A stretch of DNA of 64,000 bases from a virus. This document shows, in pieces, positions 16,180 through 26,190 of the stretch (within the stretch, counting starts at the first letter, position 1; each line of letters opens with the position of its first letter). Below the pieces are notes generated by a model that did no database searches, had not been told where the DNA came from, and saw only the letters and a program-made list of their open reading frames with translations. The position numbers and the translations under genes are program-made. Location of the stretch: IMG/VR virus record IMGVR_UViG_3300017917_002938, positions 1 through 64,000 of that record; one strand, given 5' to 3'.

Positions 16180-19100
16180 TTAGAATCCAGTAGTAATAGG
16201 AGTTGCTATAACTCTGTAAATTCTACCCGCTACAAGACCGGTTATTTGTAGACCCGAGCCTGTCACTGTAAGCTGACTACCCATAGGAACACCGGCACCT
16301 ACAGCTGTCTGACCTCCACCACCACTATAAACTATTGATGATCTTCCAGAACCTAGACTTGTGTTTCCACCGATAAAGTTAGGAGTACCATTTGCGGCTG
16401 CTCCATAATCAATTACTCTCACATCATATAGAGCCAGTGGAAGATAATAGTTCCATGCTCTTGCAGTAGTATTAGAAAGATTAGTAGCACTTAGAGCAGC
16501 AGCGGAAGTCCCTGTATGCTTGAACATACCGGAGTCAAACACAAGTCCAACAGGAGTAGGTCTGAACTGACTTACATGTTTGTTTGGTCCACCAATAAAC
16601 AACTCACCTAAGACTGTACCATAACCATAACTAACATCAGATGACGAGTTAGTAGGTCTTATATAATAACCTTTATAAGATGATTGAGCACCGAGACTTG
16701 CGGGTCTTTGATCGGTAGAATAGTAGTAATACGGCGTAGAAGAACCGTAACCCATACTGAACAGCTGTTTAGAATAAATGCCCCAATGATTTCTTAATTC
16801 ATTATATAAATAATTATAATTGTAGTTATCGGTAGCTCTTGCTGCTGTTGCAATAACCTCAGGTCTGTAAGTAAGTCTTACAAAATTTGTACTACTTGCC
16901 GCGCTATCATGTGCAATATCTATAGCAGTTCCTAAAGAGAACTGGAACTGGTTAGCAGTACCATTAAAGGCTGTAGTATTAGTAAATGCAGTATTTGTAA
17001 AGGAAGTATAGATTGCTATTGCTGAATAATACCCTGTAGCATTTGTATACGGTGCAAATCTTGTATTAGCCGGATCGGTAACGTTAGCACACCACCCAGC
17101 TGGAACTGTTAGACCTAATTGAGAAGGTATATCGTAAATGAACTGATAATCTCTTACGTAAGTATACTTGTCACGTCCTGTACTTACAAACGCTCTCTCC
17201 ATATTACCTGCAGTACTGAAAGGAGCAGCCGTTCCATATATTCTGTTTCCTGGACGGATATTTTTCATCAGTCTACGAGTTTCAATCGTATCTTCCAAAT
17301 ACACTACTCCATTTGCAACCATACCCTTAGCAGTAAAGGCATTGGTAGCAGATGCAGCTGTCAAAGGTCCGAAAGCTACACCAAGACTAGCTGCTGTGTT
17401 ACTTACAACAGCGGTTACATCTAAAACTTCATTAACGGCATTGGCTGTAGATTGGAAACCTAACGGGTTCCAAATTGTCATCGATGACAATTTGGTAAGT
17501 GTAATAGTTCCGGTTGCACTGGTACCCGTAGCTGTTACTGTAACTGGTGAACCTGTACCGTCAGTAAAGTAACTTAGTAACTCTACAGAATTGTACTTGT
17601 TATTATTTGTTGACAAGTAAACCATAGTATTACCAGGAATAGAACCGGAAACTGAGCTGGTAATGGTATAGTAACCGTTAGTGAAAGTGCTGATACTATA
17701 ATTATTACTTAATGCATCAGCTGCTGAATTTACAACATATACCACAGAACAGCCTGATACAACGTTACCTATAAATGTTATGTTAGGCACGGCGTCTGTA
17801 TCAACATCATAAACTATCGAACCTCTTGGAATTACGTTATCTTGAGAAGTAACAAACATTCCTATAGCTGCTCCATAGAATCCCATGGTAGCAGAAGCAG
17901 CGGGGTTTTCTGCTCTGAATACCTTCATAAAGATAGCATTACCTGTAAGCTCACCAGTAACTCCCACTGATGTTGCGGCAAGATGAGTATAAACAACATT
18001 ATTACAGAAAGCGTCGTTGTATACGTGGTTGGATGCGCCAGATATAATTACATTATCAAATTGTTTGCTTGGTGTTCTTTTTACTATATCTATTGGTAAA
18101 ATTTCTACAGAACAGAAACCAATAAATCCTTGGTTTGCATCTGTAGTAGCAGCCAGTACACTTGATTTACCTATCCACACTCCATTGTAAGGAGGAGGAG
18201 CTATAATAGCAGCTGCATCTTCATATACCAAGACGTCATTGTAAACAACCGATAGTTTATTTCCGTCTACATAAGGGTTGTAAGATATTACTAATGTATT
18301 ATCTATTCCTAATTGATTATCATCACTATTAGGATCAAGTTGACTATAATTTCTATGTTCAGCAAGATCAGCAATGGTAGGTATGACCACAGTATAAGCT
18401 GGCGTGGTTGTAGTGTTAGTAAATATTCTTACCTGTATAGTTCTATCAGCTAATAATCTAACCGATATACCCCCGCCATTCCAGCTTTGGTTTGCATCGC
18501 ATATACCCATATTAAATATATTATGGGCTGCTTCTTTTTGATAGTCAGATAAGGTGAAGTTAACTTTAACTGTCCAGGGACGTATAGAGCCCCCACCAAC
18601 ATCCGTACCACCTAGGTAAGATGTTTGTGCTTCATGATGGAACGCTCCAGCGTAGGTAGAGGTAAGATATACTCCTCCTTGAGAGCTTGTTCCTCCATTT
18701 ATACCGTTTTTTCCGTAGTATTGATTGGATCTTATGCTACTAGCATAGCTATATCGCACCATGTCAGTTCCGGTAACTGCTCCATCTAGTAATATAGGTA
18801 GGTATTGACTATAAGCATTGTAATAACCAGCTGTAACGCCGGCTTGCTGGTTAGCTGACAGATAGCTGAGGGTGTCGTGTACTAACCAATGATTATTGTA
18901 ATTAGAGAGACTTCCGCTACTTTCGTATCCTAGTACATCTGGAGTATAGTAGTTTAGTTCACCACCCGATACAAAATTTGTATCGGTAGCAATTGTGTAA
19001 TGTCCGGTGCCAGACAATACAAAGTATGCGCCACCTTCTCTTTGAGTAGATACTATCCATGGAGCAGCTAGAGTTCCGCTACCGGTCACAGTCGCTCTAT

Positions 19101-22100
19101 GAGCAGCGTATGGTACCCAGGTAGATGTCGCATCGGTTACTGTTACAGTATTACTTACTAAGTGAATAGACGCAGCAACCCCTGGCTTTATTCTAATTAC
19201 GGTACGCCCACTCAGCCCTCGTGCAATTGAAGGACCCGAGTTTGCAGAACTATACCCTCCAACAAAATTATATGGTCTAAACTTATTATTTAAATAATCA
19301 TAATTTACTTTATGAATTATATAACCAATAAAATCGTTTGAATACTGTCCATCATTAACAACATATCCGTTACTTGCTAGAGTAGCAGACATTTTTATTG
19401 CAGAGTTAGTAGACACATATATTTGCGCAGTAGACATCATATTTAAGTCTGTTTCTGCAGTGGCTACTTCATTTGTTGCACTTTGAATAAAAGTTGGTGT
19501 GAACGTAATTGCGTTAGTGCCAGTAGCTGTACCAGCTCCAGTTAGAATACCTGGACGGATACCTTGAGTACGTCCGTAACCAACAATAAAATCATAATGC
19601 CCGGAACTAGAAACATCAGGAGTACCGGAGTTGTTACTGTATATGTAAGTATTACTATTTGTAGACTGATAAGTGTAAGCAATTGTTTCATCTAACGATC
19701 TATTACCATTCAGTGCTATACTACGTTGAGGATATAAAAGTTTGATGTTATTATAAGAGTAAGAGGATCTATATCCAATTTTTGCACTAGCAGGATCACC
19801 GATAATTTGGAACTGATTGGTTGCTGCTATAGCAGCTCCTACCCCACTTACAAGAGACCATTTTGTATCTGTAGTGCTTACTGCTGTACCGTCGCTCTTT
19901 GTAAAGAAAATGTTAGTTATTTTATCTGTTGTATGCTGGCTTGAGGTCCAGGTGTTTCCAGATTTTCTATGAATAAATTCTATAATATACGCACCAGGAT
20001 CTAAATTACCAGATACTACGGTTTGAGATACCGAGCTAGCTCCGATAAAGTTCTTACTAACAAGCACCGCATTAATAGTGTCTATAGTGTTTTGTCCTCC
20101 AACACTATACAATCCATAACCAAAGTTAGTATAAGGTTGGAAAGTAGTAAGTCTATCCGTTATTGCAAAAGCGGTACTCTCATAATCATTAAATTTGTGA
20201 TCAGGATTATAGGTAGTCGGCGTATAATCTATTAATGGTTCATCTTGAGTTAAATTTGGTAAGTATTGACTATTGGCAAAGGCTAGAGCGTAGTATTTTT
20301 TATACCAAAACATTCCTGTTTTATCTAAAGGAATGGTAGTGTTAGCCATAAAGCCATCGGCTAGAATACCAGGGTTATCGCCCATAGGGGCTATGTAACC
20401 ACCCGCCCAATATCTTCTCTTACCTATAGCGCTTCTAGCATAGGTATTACCAGCTGGGACTCCGTAAAGCTGATCTACCAACCATGAAGATTTATAAGAT
20501 GGCTCTACATTACCGTAACCTGAATTCCAGTATGTGTAGTTATCTGATGCAATAGATAATCTAGCACCACCTCCTCCATTCTCACCTTTTTGACCCGTTT
20601 GCCCAGTAAAACCTGTAGAACCTTGAGCACCTTGAGCACCCTTTTGTCCTTTGACCCCTGTAACAACAAAAGAGGATCCGTCCGAATTATTAAATCTTAT
20701 AGTGTTGTTTGCATCTGTATATGTTGCGTTGCTAACTAATTCACCTTTTTGACCTTTAGAGCCAACCTCTCCTTTATCACCCTTATCACCTTTGTCGCCC
20801 TTTTGACCTTTTTCACCAACATCACCTTTAGTACCGGCACCGGTGGCAGATATAACAACCTGGGCACCTTCTTCAAATGGTCCAGTAAAGTTAGTTGCAA
20901 TATTAGTTACATTAAGTTTAAAGTTGGTTGATTGTGAACCAGTAACTACGTTCGCAATTGAAAATTGTGCTGTCTGGGCTGTATTCGCGTAATTTACTAC
21001 TGTTAAAATACCTTTAACAGTAGAGTTACCTATAGAATTGAACGCGCTGAAATAATTAAAGTTATTTACGCCACCAGCATCCAGATTACGAATTACAATT
21101 GCATTGACGCTTGCAATTGTAGAGTTACTAAACAACAGCTGAGCAATTCCAGGATTACTTGCTGATTCAGAAGTATCGGCGTCGAATGTATATGTGATAC
21201 CACTGATCTCACCCTTTTGGCCTTTTTGTCCTTTTACTCCAGTAACGTATACGTTAGCAGAAGCATCAGAAGAAGAAAACTCAAGAGTATTATTAGCATC
21301 GGTGAAAAGTGCGTTACTAAATCTTTCGCCTTTTTCTCCTTTGAAACCAATTTCACCCTTTTCGCCTTTTTGTCCTACTTCACCTTTATCGCCTTTGTCT
21401 CCCTTGTCACCTATTTCGCCCTTGTCACCTTTTTGGCCTACTTCGCCCTTTTCACCTTTTTGTCCCTTATCACCGGTGCGTAAAAACTCCACATACACCA
21501 ATTCGTTAGCATCAAATAGCGTTGTACCGTTAACATAATTAACTGTTAATCTTAATACTCCTGTAGTGGCAGTAGAAATAGAAGTAAGAGAATAGATAGC
21601 AAACTTAGTATGAGATTTTGCTGAACGTAAAGTAACATATCCAAGAGTAGATGAGTTAGAATCATCCCATGAATTGATAAATGTACTTACGGAAGATCCT
21701 CCGTATTCTTTTGGATCTATGCCTATTTCAGTTACTAAAGATAAATCACTATTATTTAATCTAAATGTACCATCCGTTACATCTGCAACAGTATTAGTAT
21801 TAGCGCTGAATTGATATGTTAAACCAGTGAATGCTTGGAATGGGAAGACTAATGTACCATCATTAGAAAACTTCCACGCATTATCAGTCTCATCGTAAAA
21901 CAACGAAACGTTAGCAGCAGAGCCACGATTAACTATAATAGATGAGTCGGTGACTGGTTCTGGATCACCGCCAGTTAACTGGCTGTTTAGAACAATTTCG
22001 TTAGTACCAACTTGGAGTGTTTGAGTTCCCTGGAACGAAGTTACACCTGTAACGGTTAAGTTACCAGAGATTACGAGATCTTTGTCAACGGTTAAGCTAC

Positions 22101-22323
22101 CGTTGGAAATTGCAACGTTACCTTTAGAGACAACTAAGCCACCATTAGCAACCGTTAATGTATTTGCTACATTAATCTTTGCATTGGCCTCAATATTGCC
22201 TTCGACGTTGAGATTCTTACCTCCGGTGATATTAACGTTGCCGGAGATAGTGGTGGTATTACCAACAGACAATGTGTTGGCAATTACTGCACCGTGCTTA
22301 ATTCTAAAATCTTGTGTAGACAT
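16180..22323 (-). CDS. Giant tail fibre (2047 aa) with interrupted collagen segments
   Basis: N-terminus [16 protein letters not shown] runs at about 21325-21475, 20735-20835 and 20575-20655. Long beta-rich distal region. Confidence 0.8.
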   Translation of the reverse strand: MSTQDFRIKHGAVIANTLSVGNTTTISGNVNITGGKNLNVEGNIEANAKINVANTLTVANGGLVVSKGNVAISNGSLTVDKDLVISGNLTVTGVTSFQGTQTLQVGTNEIVLNSQLTGGDPEPVTDSSIIVNRGSAANVSLFYDETDNAWKFSNDGTLVFPFQAFTGLTYQFSANTNTVADVTDGTFRLNNSDLSLVTEIGIDPKEYGGSSVSTFINSWDDSNSSTLGYVTLRSAKSHTKFAIYSLTSISTATTGVLRLTVNYVNGTTLFDANELVYVEFLRTGDKGQKGEKGEVGQKGDKGEIGDKGDKGDKGEVGQKGEKGEIGFKGEKGERFSNALFTDANNTLEFSSSDASANVYVTGVKGQKGQKGEISGITYTFDADTSESASNPGIAQLLFSNSTIASVNAIVIRNLDAGGVNNFNYFSAFNSIGNSTVKGILTVVNYANTAQTAQFSIANVVTGSQSTNFKLNVTNIATNFTGPFEEGAQVVISATGAGTKGDVGEKGQKGDKGDKGDKGEVGSKGQKGELVSNATYTDANNTIRFNNSDGSSFVVTGVKGQKGAQGAQGSTGFTGQTGQKGENGGGGARLSIASDNYTYWNSGYGNVEPSYKSSWLVDQLYGVPAGNTYARSAIGKRRYWAGGYIAPMGDNPGILADGFMANTTIPLDKTGMFWYKKYYALAFANSQYLPNLTQDEPLIDYTPTTYNPDHKFNDYESTAFAITDRLTTFQPYTNFGYGLYSVGGQNTIDTINAVLVSKNFIGASSVSQTVVSGNLDPGAYIIEFIHRKSGNTWTSSQHTTDKITNIFFTKSDGTAVSTTDTKWSLVSGVGAAIAATNQFQIIGDPASAKIGYRSSYSYNNIKLLYPQRSIALNGNRSLDETIAYTYQSTNSNTYIYSNNSGTPDVSSSGHYDFIVGYGRTQGIRPGILTGAGTATGTNAITFTPTFIQSATNEVATAETDLNMMSTAQIYVSTNSAIKMSATLASNGYVVNDGQYSNDFIGYIIHKVNYDYLNNKFRPYNFVGGYSSANSGPSIARGLSGRTVIRIKPGVAASIHLVSNTVTVTDATSTWVPYAAHRATVTGSGTLAAPWIVSTQREGGAYFVLSGTGHYTIATDTNFVSGGELNYYTPDVLGYESSGSLSNYNNHWLVHDTLSYLSANQQAGVTAGYYNAYSQYLPILLDGAVTGTDMVRYSYASSIRSNQYYGKNGINGGTSSQGGVYLTSTYAGAFHHEAQTSYLGGTDVGGGSIRPWTVKVNFTLSDYQKEAAHNIFNMGICDANQSWNGGGISVRLLADRTIQVRIFTNTTTTPAYTVVIPTIADLAEHRNYSQLDPNSDDNQLGIDNTLVISYNPYVDGNKLSVVYNDVLVYEDAAAIIAPPPYNGVWIGKSSVLAATTDANQGFIGFCSVEILPIDIVKRTPSKQFDNVIISGASNHVYNDAFCNNVVYTHLAATSVGVTGELTGNAIFMKVFRAENPAASATMGFYGAAIGMFVTSQDNVIPRGSIVYDVDTDAVPNITFIGNVVSGCSVVYVVNSAADALSNNYSISTFTNGYYTITSSVSGSIPGNTMVYLSTNNNKYNSVELLSYFTDGTGSPVTVTATGTSATGTITLTKLSSMTIWNPLGFQSTANAVNEVLDVTAVVSNTAASLGVAFGPLTAASATNAFTAKGMVANGVVYLEDTIETRRLMKNIRPGNRIYGTAAPFSTAGNMERAFVSTGRDKYTYVRDYQFIYDIPSQLGLTVPAGWCANVTDPANTRFAPYTNATGYYSAIAIYTSFTNTAFTNTTAFNGTANQFQFSLGTAIDIAHDSAASSTNFVRLTYRPEVIATAARATDNYNYNYLYNELRNHWGIYSKQLFSMGYGSSTPYYYYSTDQRPASLGAQSSYKGYYIRPTNSSSDVSYGYGTVLGELFIGGPNKHVSQFRPTPVGLVFDSGMFKHTGTSAAALSATNLSNTTARAWNYYLPLALYDVRVIDYGAAANGTPNFIGGNTSLGSGRSSIVYSGGGGQTAVGAGVPMGSQLTVTGSGLQITGLVAGRIYRVIATPITTGF

Positions 22324-22348
22324 TAGTTTCCCTTTCCACTAACTCTAC

Positions 22349-22356
22349 TATTTATA
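22349..22356 (-). promoter_or_regulatory. T4-type late promoter TATAAATA
   Basis: Exact TATAAATA in the short intergenic gap, 26 nt upstream of the ATG at 22323. Confidence 0.8.
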
Positions 22357-22363
22357 TGACGCT

Positions 22364-23305
22364 TTATTCTAGGGTTGTTCGAATCAACTTATATGTTATG
22401 TTGTTTGCAAACGTGTAGTCTAAAGGTGCACCGTATAGTCGAGCGTGGGTTGTATTGGAGTTAGCAGTAAAACTGACAAACTGATTATTTGAATATATTG
22501 TACCATATTCAGTAGTATAAACATTACTAAATCCATATGCGAGAGAAATCTCAGTCATCATCACTTCGTTCGCAACAGCGTCTTGAACTTGTATAGTATA
22601 TTTAGCCGATTGATTGACAGTAATGTCAATAGCATCAACTATTTGTGGGTTATTATTAGTATAGACATTTGTAACAGAATTAGATACTAATGATCCTGTT
22701 GAGGTAAATTTAATGGTATTTGCTGACAAATTACCTACTACAGCAGCTGTACCAGTAATAGTTAATGTACCTGTAACCTCTGCATTTCCAGTAAAATCTA
22801 AAAGGTTAGAGGTTATATTAATATTAGCAACGTTTGCAACTAGATCCTGCTGGGATGAATTTCCAGTAAAAGAAATAGCATTAAAAGTGGTATTTACAGC
22901 AAATGTAACGTTACCAGTTAATTTAGTATTGGCAACGTTGATAGCGAAGTTAGTCGCTGAAAGAGTAGTGTTAGTAGTAGCTATTAATACATTATTAGAT
23001 GTTACATTAGTAAAACCACCTACAACAGTAACGTTACTTGAAACTGTTGAGTTAGAAAACCCTATTTGTAAATTACCGTATGCCTGTGTATTACCTGTAG
23101 TACCACCACGCAGTATAACCGCAATAAGATCAGTAGCCATGAAGGACCCATTAACAGATCCGTTACCAGTTGATATAGCACCGGCTGTGGTAGGGCTTAC
23201 AGTAACCACTTCATTAGTCATAGCGTCAGCTAGTGTATTTACACGCTCAATGACTGTTTGAAATGTATCTGTTGCGATGACTACATTAGCAACTGATTTT
23301 GACAT
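22364..23305 (-). CDS. Virion structural protein (313 aa)
   Basis: N-terminal ATDTFQTVIERVN and C-terminal SAKYTIQV...TEYGTIYSN motifs. N/T/S-rich, in the structural block. Confidence 0.7.
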   Translation of the reverse strand: MSKSVANVVIATDTFQTVIERVNTLADAMTNEVVTVSPTTAGAISTGNGSVNGSFMATDLIAVILRGGTTGNTQAYGNLQIGFSNSTVSSNVTVVGGFTNVTSNNVLIATTNTTLSATNFAINVANTKLTGNVTFAVNTTFNAISFTGNSSQQDLVANVANINITSNLLDFTGNAEVTGTLTITGTAAVVGNLSANTIKFTSTGSLVSNSVTNVYTNNNPQIVDAIDITVNQSAKYTIQVQDAVANEVMMTEISLAYGFSNVYTTEYGTIYSNNQFVSFTANSNTTHARLYGAPLDYTFANNITYKLIRTTLE

Positions 23306-23310
23306 ATACG

Positions 23311-23511
23311 TTATTTCCTAGTATTAATAAGTTTAGCCAGCAAGTGTTTTATCTCACCTAGATCACTTCGTAGATCTTGCACTTCATTAGCTAATTTGTG
23401 CTGTTCGGCGAGTCTTGCGCGCTCAAATTTATATGTTTTAAGAGCATTATCATCCACGCATATAACTGCGTTAGAATGTTTATCTCTAATAAAACCTTTG
23501 GCTTCTTTCAT
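23311..23511 (-). CDS. Conserved small T4-like protein
   Basis: GFIRDKHSNAVI followed by a coiled coil (LRSDLGEIKHLL). Tightly packed in the operon. Confidence 0.7.
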   Translation of the reverse strand: MKEAKGFIRDKHSNAVICVDDNALKTYKFERARLAEQHKLANEVQDLRSDLGEIKHLLAKLINTRK

Positions 23512-23512
23512 A

Positions 23513-25630
23513 TTACACCGTTACCGCCACCGCTCTTACATCATTCATTAATGGATACCAAACACCGTTATTAGTTAATAAAACATTCTTCAATGCAAAT
23601 ATTCTATATGTATCGTAGGCAGAACCGGCGGTGTTGTAATATCTAATGATACCACCGTTCATATAATTTTTAAATGCTGAGTTCGGTCTTTCGCAAACTT
23701 GAACTATTTTACCAGTACCTATAAACGATCTATGGTAGGTGTTTGAAGAATCAAGAGTTTGCTCTACAGTAAATGACACTGTATTGGAAGAAGTAACCAC
23801 AGCAACATAACTATTATCAGGAGCTGCAGCGTCAAAAATTCTTACTACGTTACCAGCAACAATATGAGTATTAACTGACACAGTAGAATCGTCGCGATTA
23901 AAGACTGCAGAACCATTTGTTCCTTGGAACGTAGTTACAACGTTAGCTCCCGCTTGCATATTCTCAAAATCACTTACAGGGAACCAAGGCAAAGAAAATT
24001 GCAAGTCTACAAAATCGCGTTTATTTTTAGGATTGCTTAGTAAGTTAGGAGGTGCTAAAGATTCAAGCTCTGTCCAATTCTTTCCTTCAAACCCTTCTGG
24101 GTCAAGAGGATTATAAAACTTAATGTAAGTTTTTATATCAGTTCCAACAGGGCGATGAGCAGTAACGTATACCTTTACGTCTTCTGAATCTTGACCTTCT
24201 GCTAAAGTAACGCGTTTTGAAATATATTTAGATTGAGCATTACCTTGATTAGGTAGATGCTCGTTAGTGGTACTAAAGTTAGCAATCCATCTCCATGCAT
24301 CAAATTTTAGTTTTTCTTCATCAATTATCGGTGACACATACTCGTTAGTAGTAGTTAATGTTAGATCCATGTTTACAGATTTGCCGTTCTCTAGAAACGC
24401 AGCATTTTGAACCTCATTAGATCTTGATGCTATCCACGCTTCAAATTCTTCAAATCCGCTACGCTCATTAAATCGTAAGTCCTCATCTAATGCTTGAGTA
24501 TCATAATTAATATCTGCAAATCGAGCTACTCCTTCTACAGCTGTACCTGAAGGTTTAAAAAACAAAAAGTCTGGCTGGTAAGAGTTAAGTCTAAAATTCC
24601 ATACTTTGTTAATAGTAACTGAAGCACCTGACTGAGTGCCATAAACAATAGTGTTATTAGCAAAATATGAGGTATCGTTAGCAGTAGATGAAACTAATGC
24701 AAGTATGTTAGCTTGTGGGTAATGGTCGAATACTCTTGCTACAGTAGTGTCTTGATAGGTAGCAGTAGCATTAGTAAAACCAGGCTCATCATTCAATTCT
24801 ATTAATGTATTGGTAGGACGAGAAACGATTCGTCGTACACTAAATGTATTACCTGATCTTAATACAATTAAATCATCATCAGCAAAAGTAGATAAAAATG
24901 CTGTATTGGTTCCAGTTATGTAAAGAGAGTTAGTACTCGTAGATATTGTTTGACCGGCAGGATCACCCGCATTAATAACTACGTACTCACCTCCTATGAA
25001 ATTGCCATTCAGTTGAGTACCATCATAACCAAGAATCTCATAGTTACGATTTACTAATCTGTAAGATCTAGACGTTTCGGTAAACTTAGCAATATTTACT
25101 CTAAACATTAAGTCAGAGTCATTCAATGGTGTGCTAATGTTACCGTTTGTTAAAACAAACAATTTACCTGCCATAGCACCAGCTGATACTGCTGATGATT
25201 GAGTAGAGTTAAATGATTCGTTGGCTTTGTTTCTGAATAGTTGAAAGCCTGTATCGGAACCATCAAATTTAACTATAATAGCATAATATCTATTCGTACG
25301 AATAGGTACTGGAGACTGGAAAGTAAACTTAGTTCCAGCTGCACTAATATTATTACCCGGATTACTAGAAAGAATAACGTTATCATACTCTACACGCGCG
25401 CGACCATACTTAAGATAATCGTTTAAGTTAGGTTGTTGTGCAGCGTTTTCGTCATTTGTTTCGCAGAGATAAACCGTAACACCGGGTTTAGGTAATCCAG
25501 AAGATGTTGACCCAGGTGAAGGTTTTCCTCTAAAAAATAAAGTCACACTAGTAACATAAGCATAGTCAGACTGTTTTACTGTCTGAGAGTCAATTATAAT
25601 GGTTTGAGCTAGATCTGCAATAATCGCCAT
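23513..25630 (-). CDS. Virion protein resembling the C-terminal part of DUF4815/VrlC-like proteins
   Basis: DLAQTIII..VTSVTLFF, TKFTFQSPV, DLMFRVNIAKF, SKYISKRVTL...SEDVKVYVTAHRP, DVRAVAV. Confidence 0.7.
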   Translation of the reverse strand: MAIIADLAQTIIIDSQTVKQSDYAYVTSVTLFFRGKPSPGSTSSGLPKPGVTVYLCETNDENAAQQPNLNDYLKYGRARVEYDNVILSSNPGNNISAAGTKFTFQSPVPIRTNRYYAIIVKFDGSDTGFQLFRNKANESFNSTQSSAVSAGAMAGKLFVLTNGNISTPLNDSDLMFRVNIAKFTETSRSYRLVNRNYEILGYDGTQLNGNFIGGEYVVINAGDPAGQTISTSTNSLYITGTNTAFLSTFADDDLIVLRSGNTFSVRRIVSRPTNTLIELNDEPGFTNATATYQDTTVARVFDHYPQANILALVSSTANDTSYFANNTIVYGTQSGASVTINKVWNFRLNSYQPDFLFFKPSGTAVEGVARFADINYDTQALDEDLRFNERSGFEEFEAWIASRSNEVQNAAFLENGKSVNMDLTLTTTNEYVSPIIDEEKLKFDAWRWIANFSTTNEHLPNQGNAQSKYISKRVTLAEGQDSEDVKVYVTAHRPVGTDIKTYIKFYNPLDPEGFEGKNWTELESLAPPNLLSNPKNKRDFVDLQFSLPWFPVSDFENMQAGANVVTTFQGTNGSAVFNRDDSTVSVNTHIVAGNVVRIFDAAAPDNSYVAVVTSSNTVSFTVEQTLDSSNTYHRSFIGTGKIVQVCERPNSAFKNYMNGGIIRYYNTAGSAYDTYRIFALKNVLLTNNGVWYPLMNDVRAVAVTV

Positions 25631-25633
25631 AGC

Positions 25634-26179
25634 TTACGATCCTAAAATGATTTGTGTAGATTGTTCTGATCCATTCTGCCAGTAAGCTGGAGCATTAAAC
25701 TCTCTAGTCTGTAGAATACTTGTTGATGCAAGCGCAGATTCAGTGTAGTCAGAGTAGTTAATTTCTTTAACAGTTGCAACATAAGATACTTTTATTGGAA
25801 CTTCTGCAAAACATCTTGCTAGTTCCCTATAGTTAGTTGGCAATTGTGAGTATACTGCTGCGGATACGCTAGCAGCATCTACTATAGTAATTAACTTGAC
25901 ACCCTGGTTAGACTGAGCAAATCTAAAAAGTGATTCTTCATCTGTAAAATTAACATAACTAACAGGGTCTTGATAATAGTAATTAAGATATAGAACACCA
26001 AATCTATCAGTAACAATATCAATACTATCATTCCATCTTGTTAGAACGCCAGCAGCAGGAGTAACCTCTGCTCCTTCGAAGAATACTCTCATACGAGAAT
26101 TAACGTTCAAACCCCTTACGGTAATTTGAAACATTTGTTTCTGCGCTTCTTGTAAAAAAACTTTTTTCTGTGTAGGCAT
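25634..26179 (-). CDS. Virion protein resembling a middle segment of DUF4815/VrlC-like proteins
   Basis: GLNVNSRMRVFFEG...IVTDRFG motif. Sandwiched between the other two pieces. Confidence 0.55.
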   Translation of the reverse strand: MPTQKKVFLQEAQKQMFQITVRGLNVNSRMRVFFEGAEVTPAAGVLTRWNDSIDIVTDRFGVLYLNYYYQDPVSYVNFTDEESLFRFAQSNQGVKLITIVDAASVSAAVYSQLPTNYRELARCFAEVPIKVSYVATVKEINYSDYTESALASTSILQTREFNAPAYWQNGSEQSTQIILGS

Positions 26180-26190
26180 GTTATGACCTG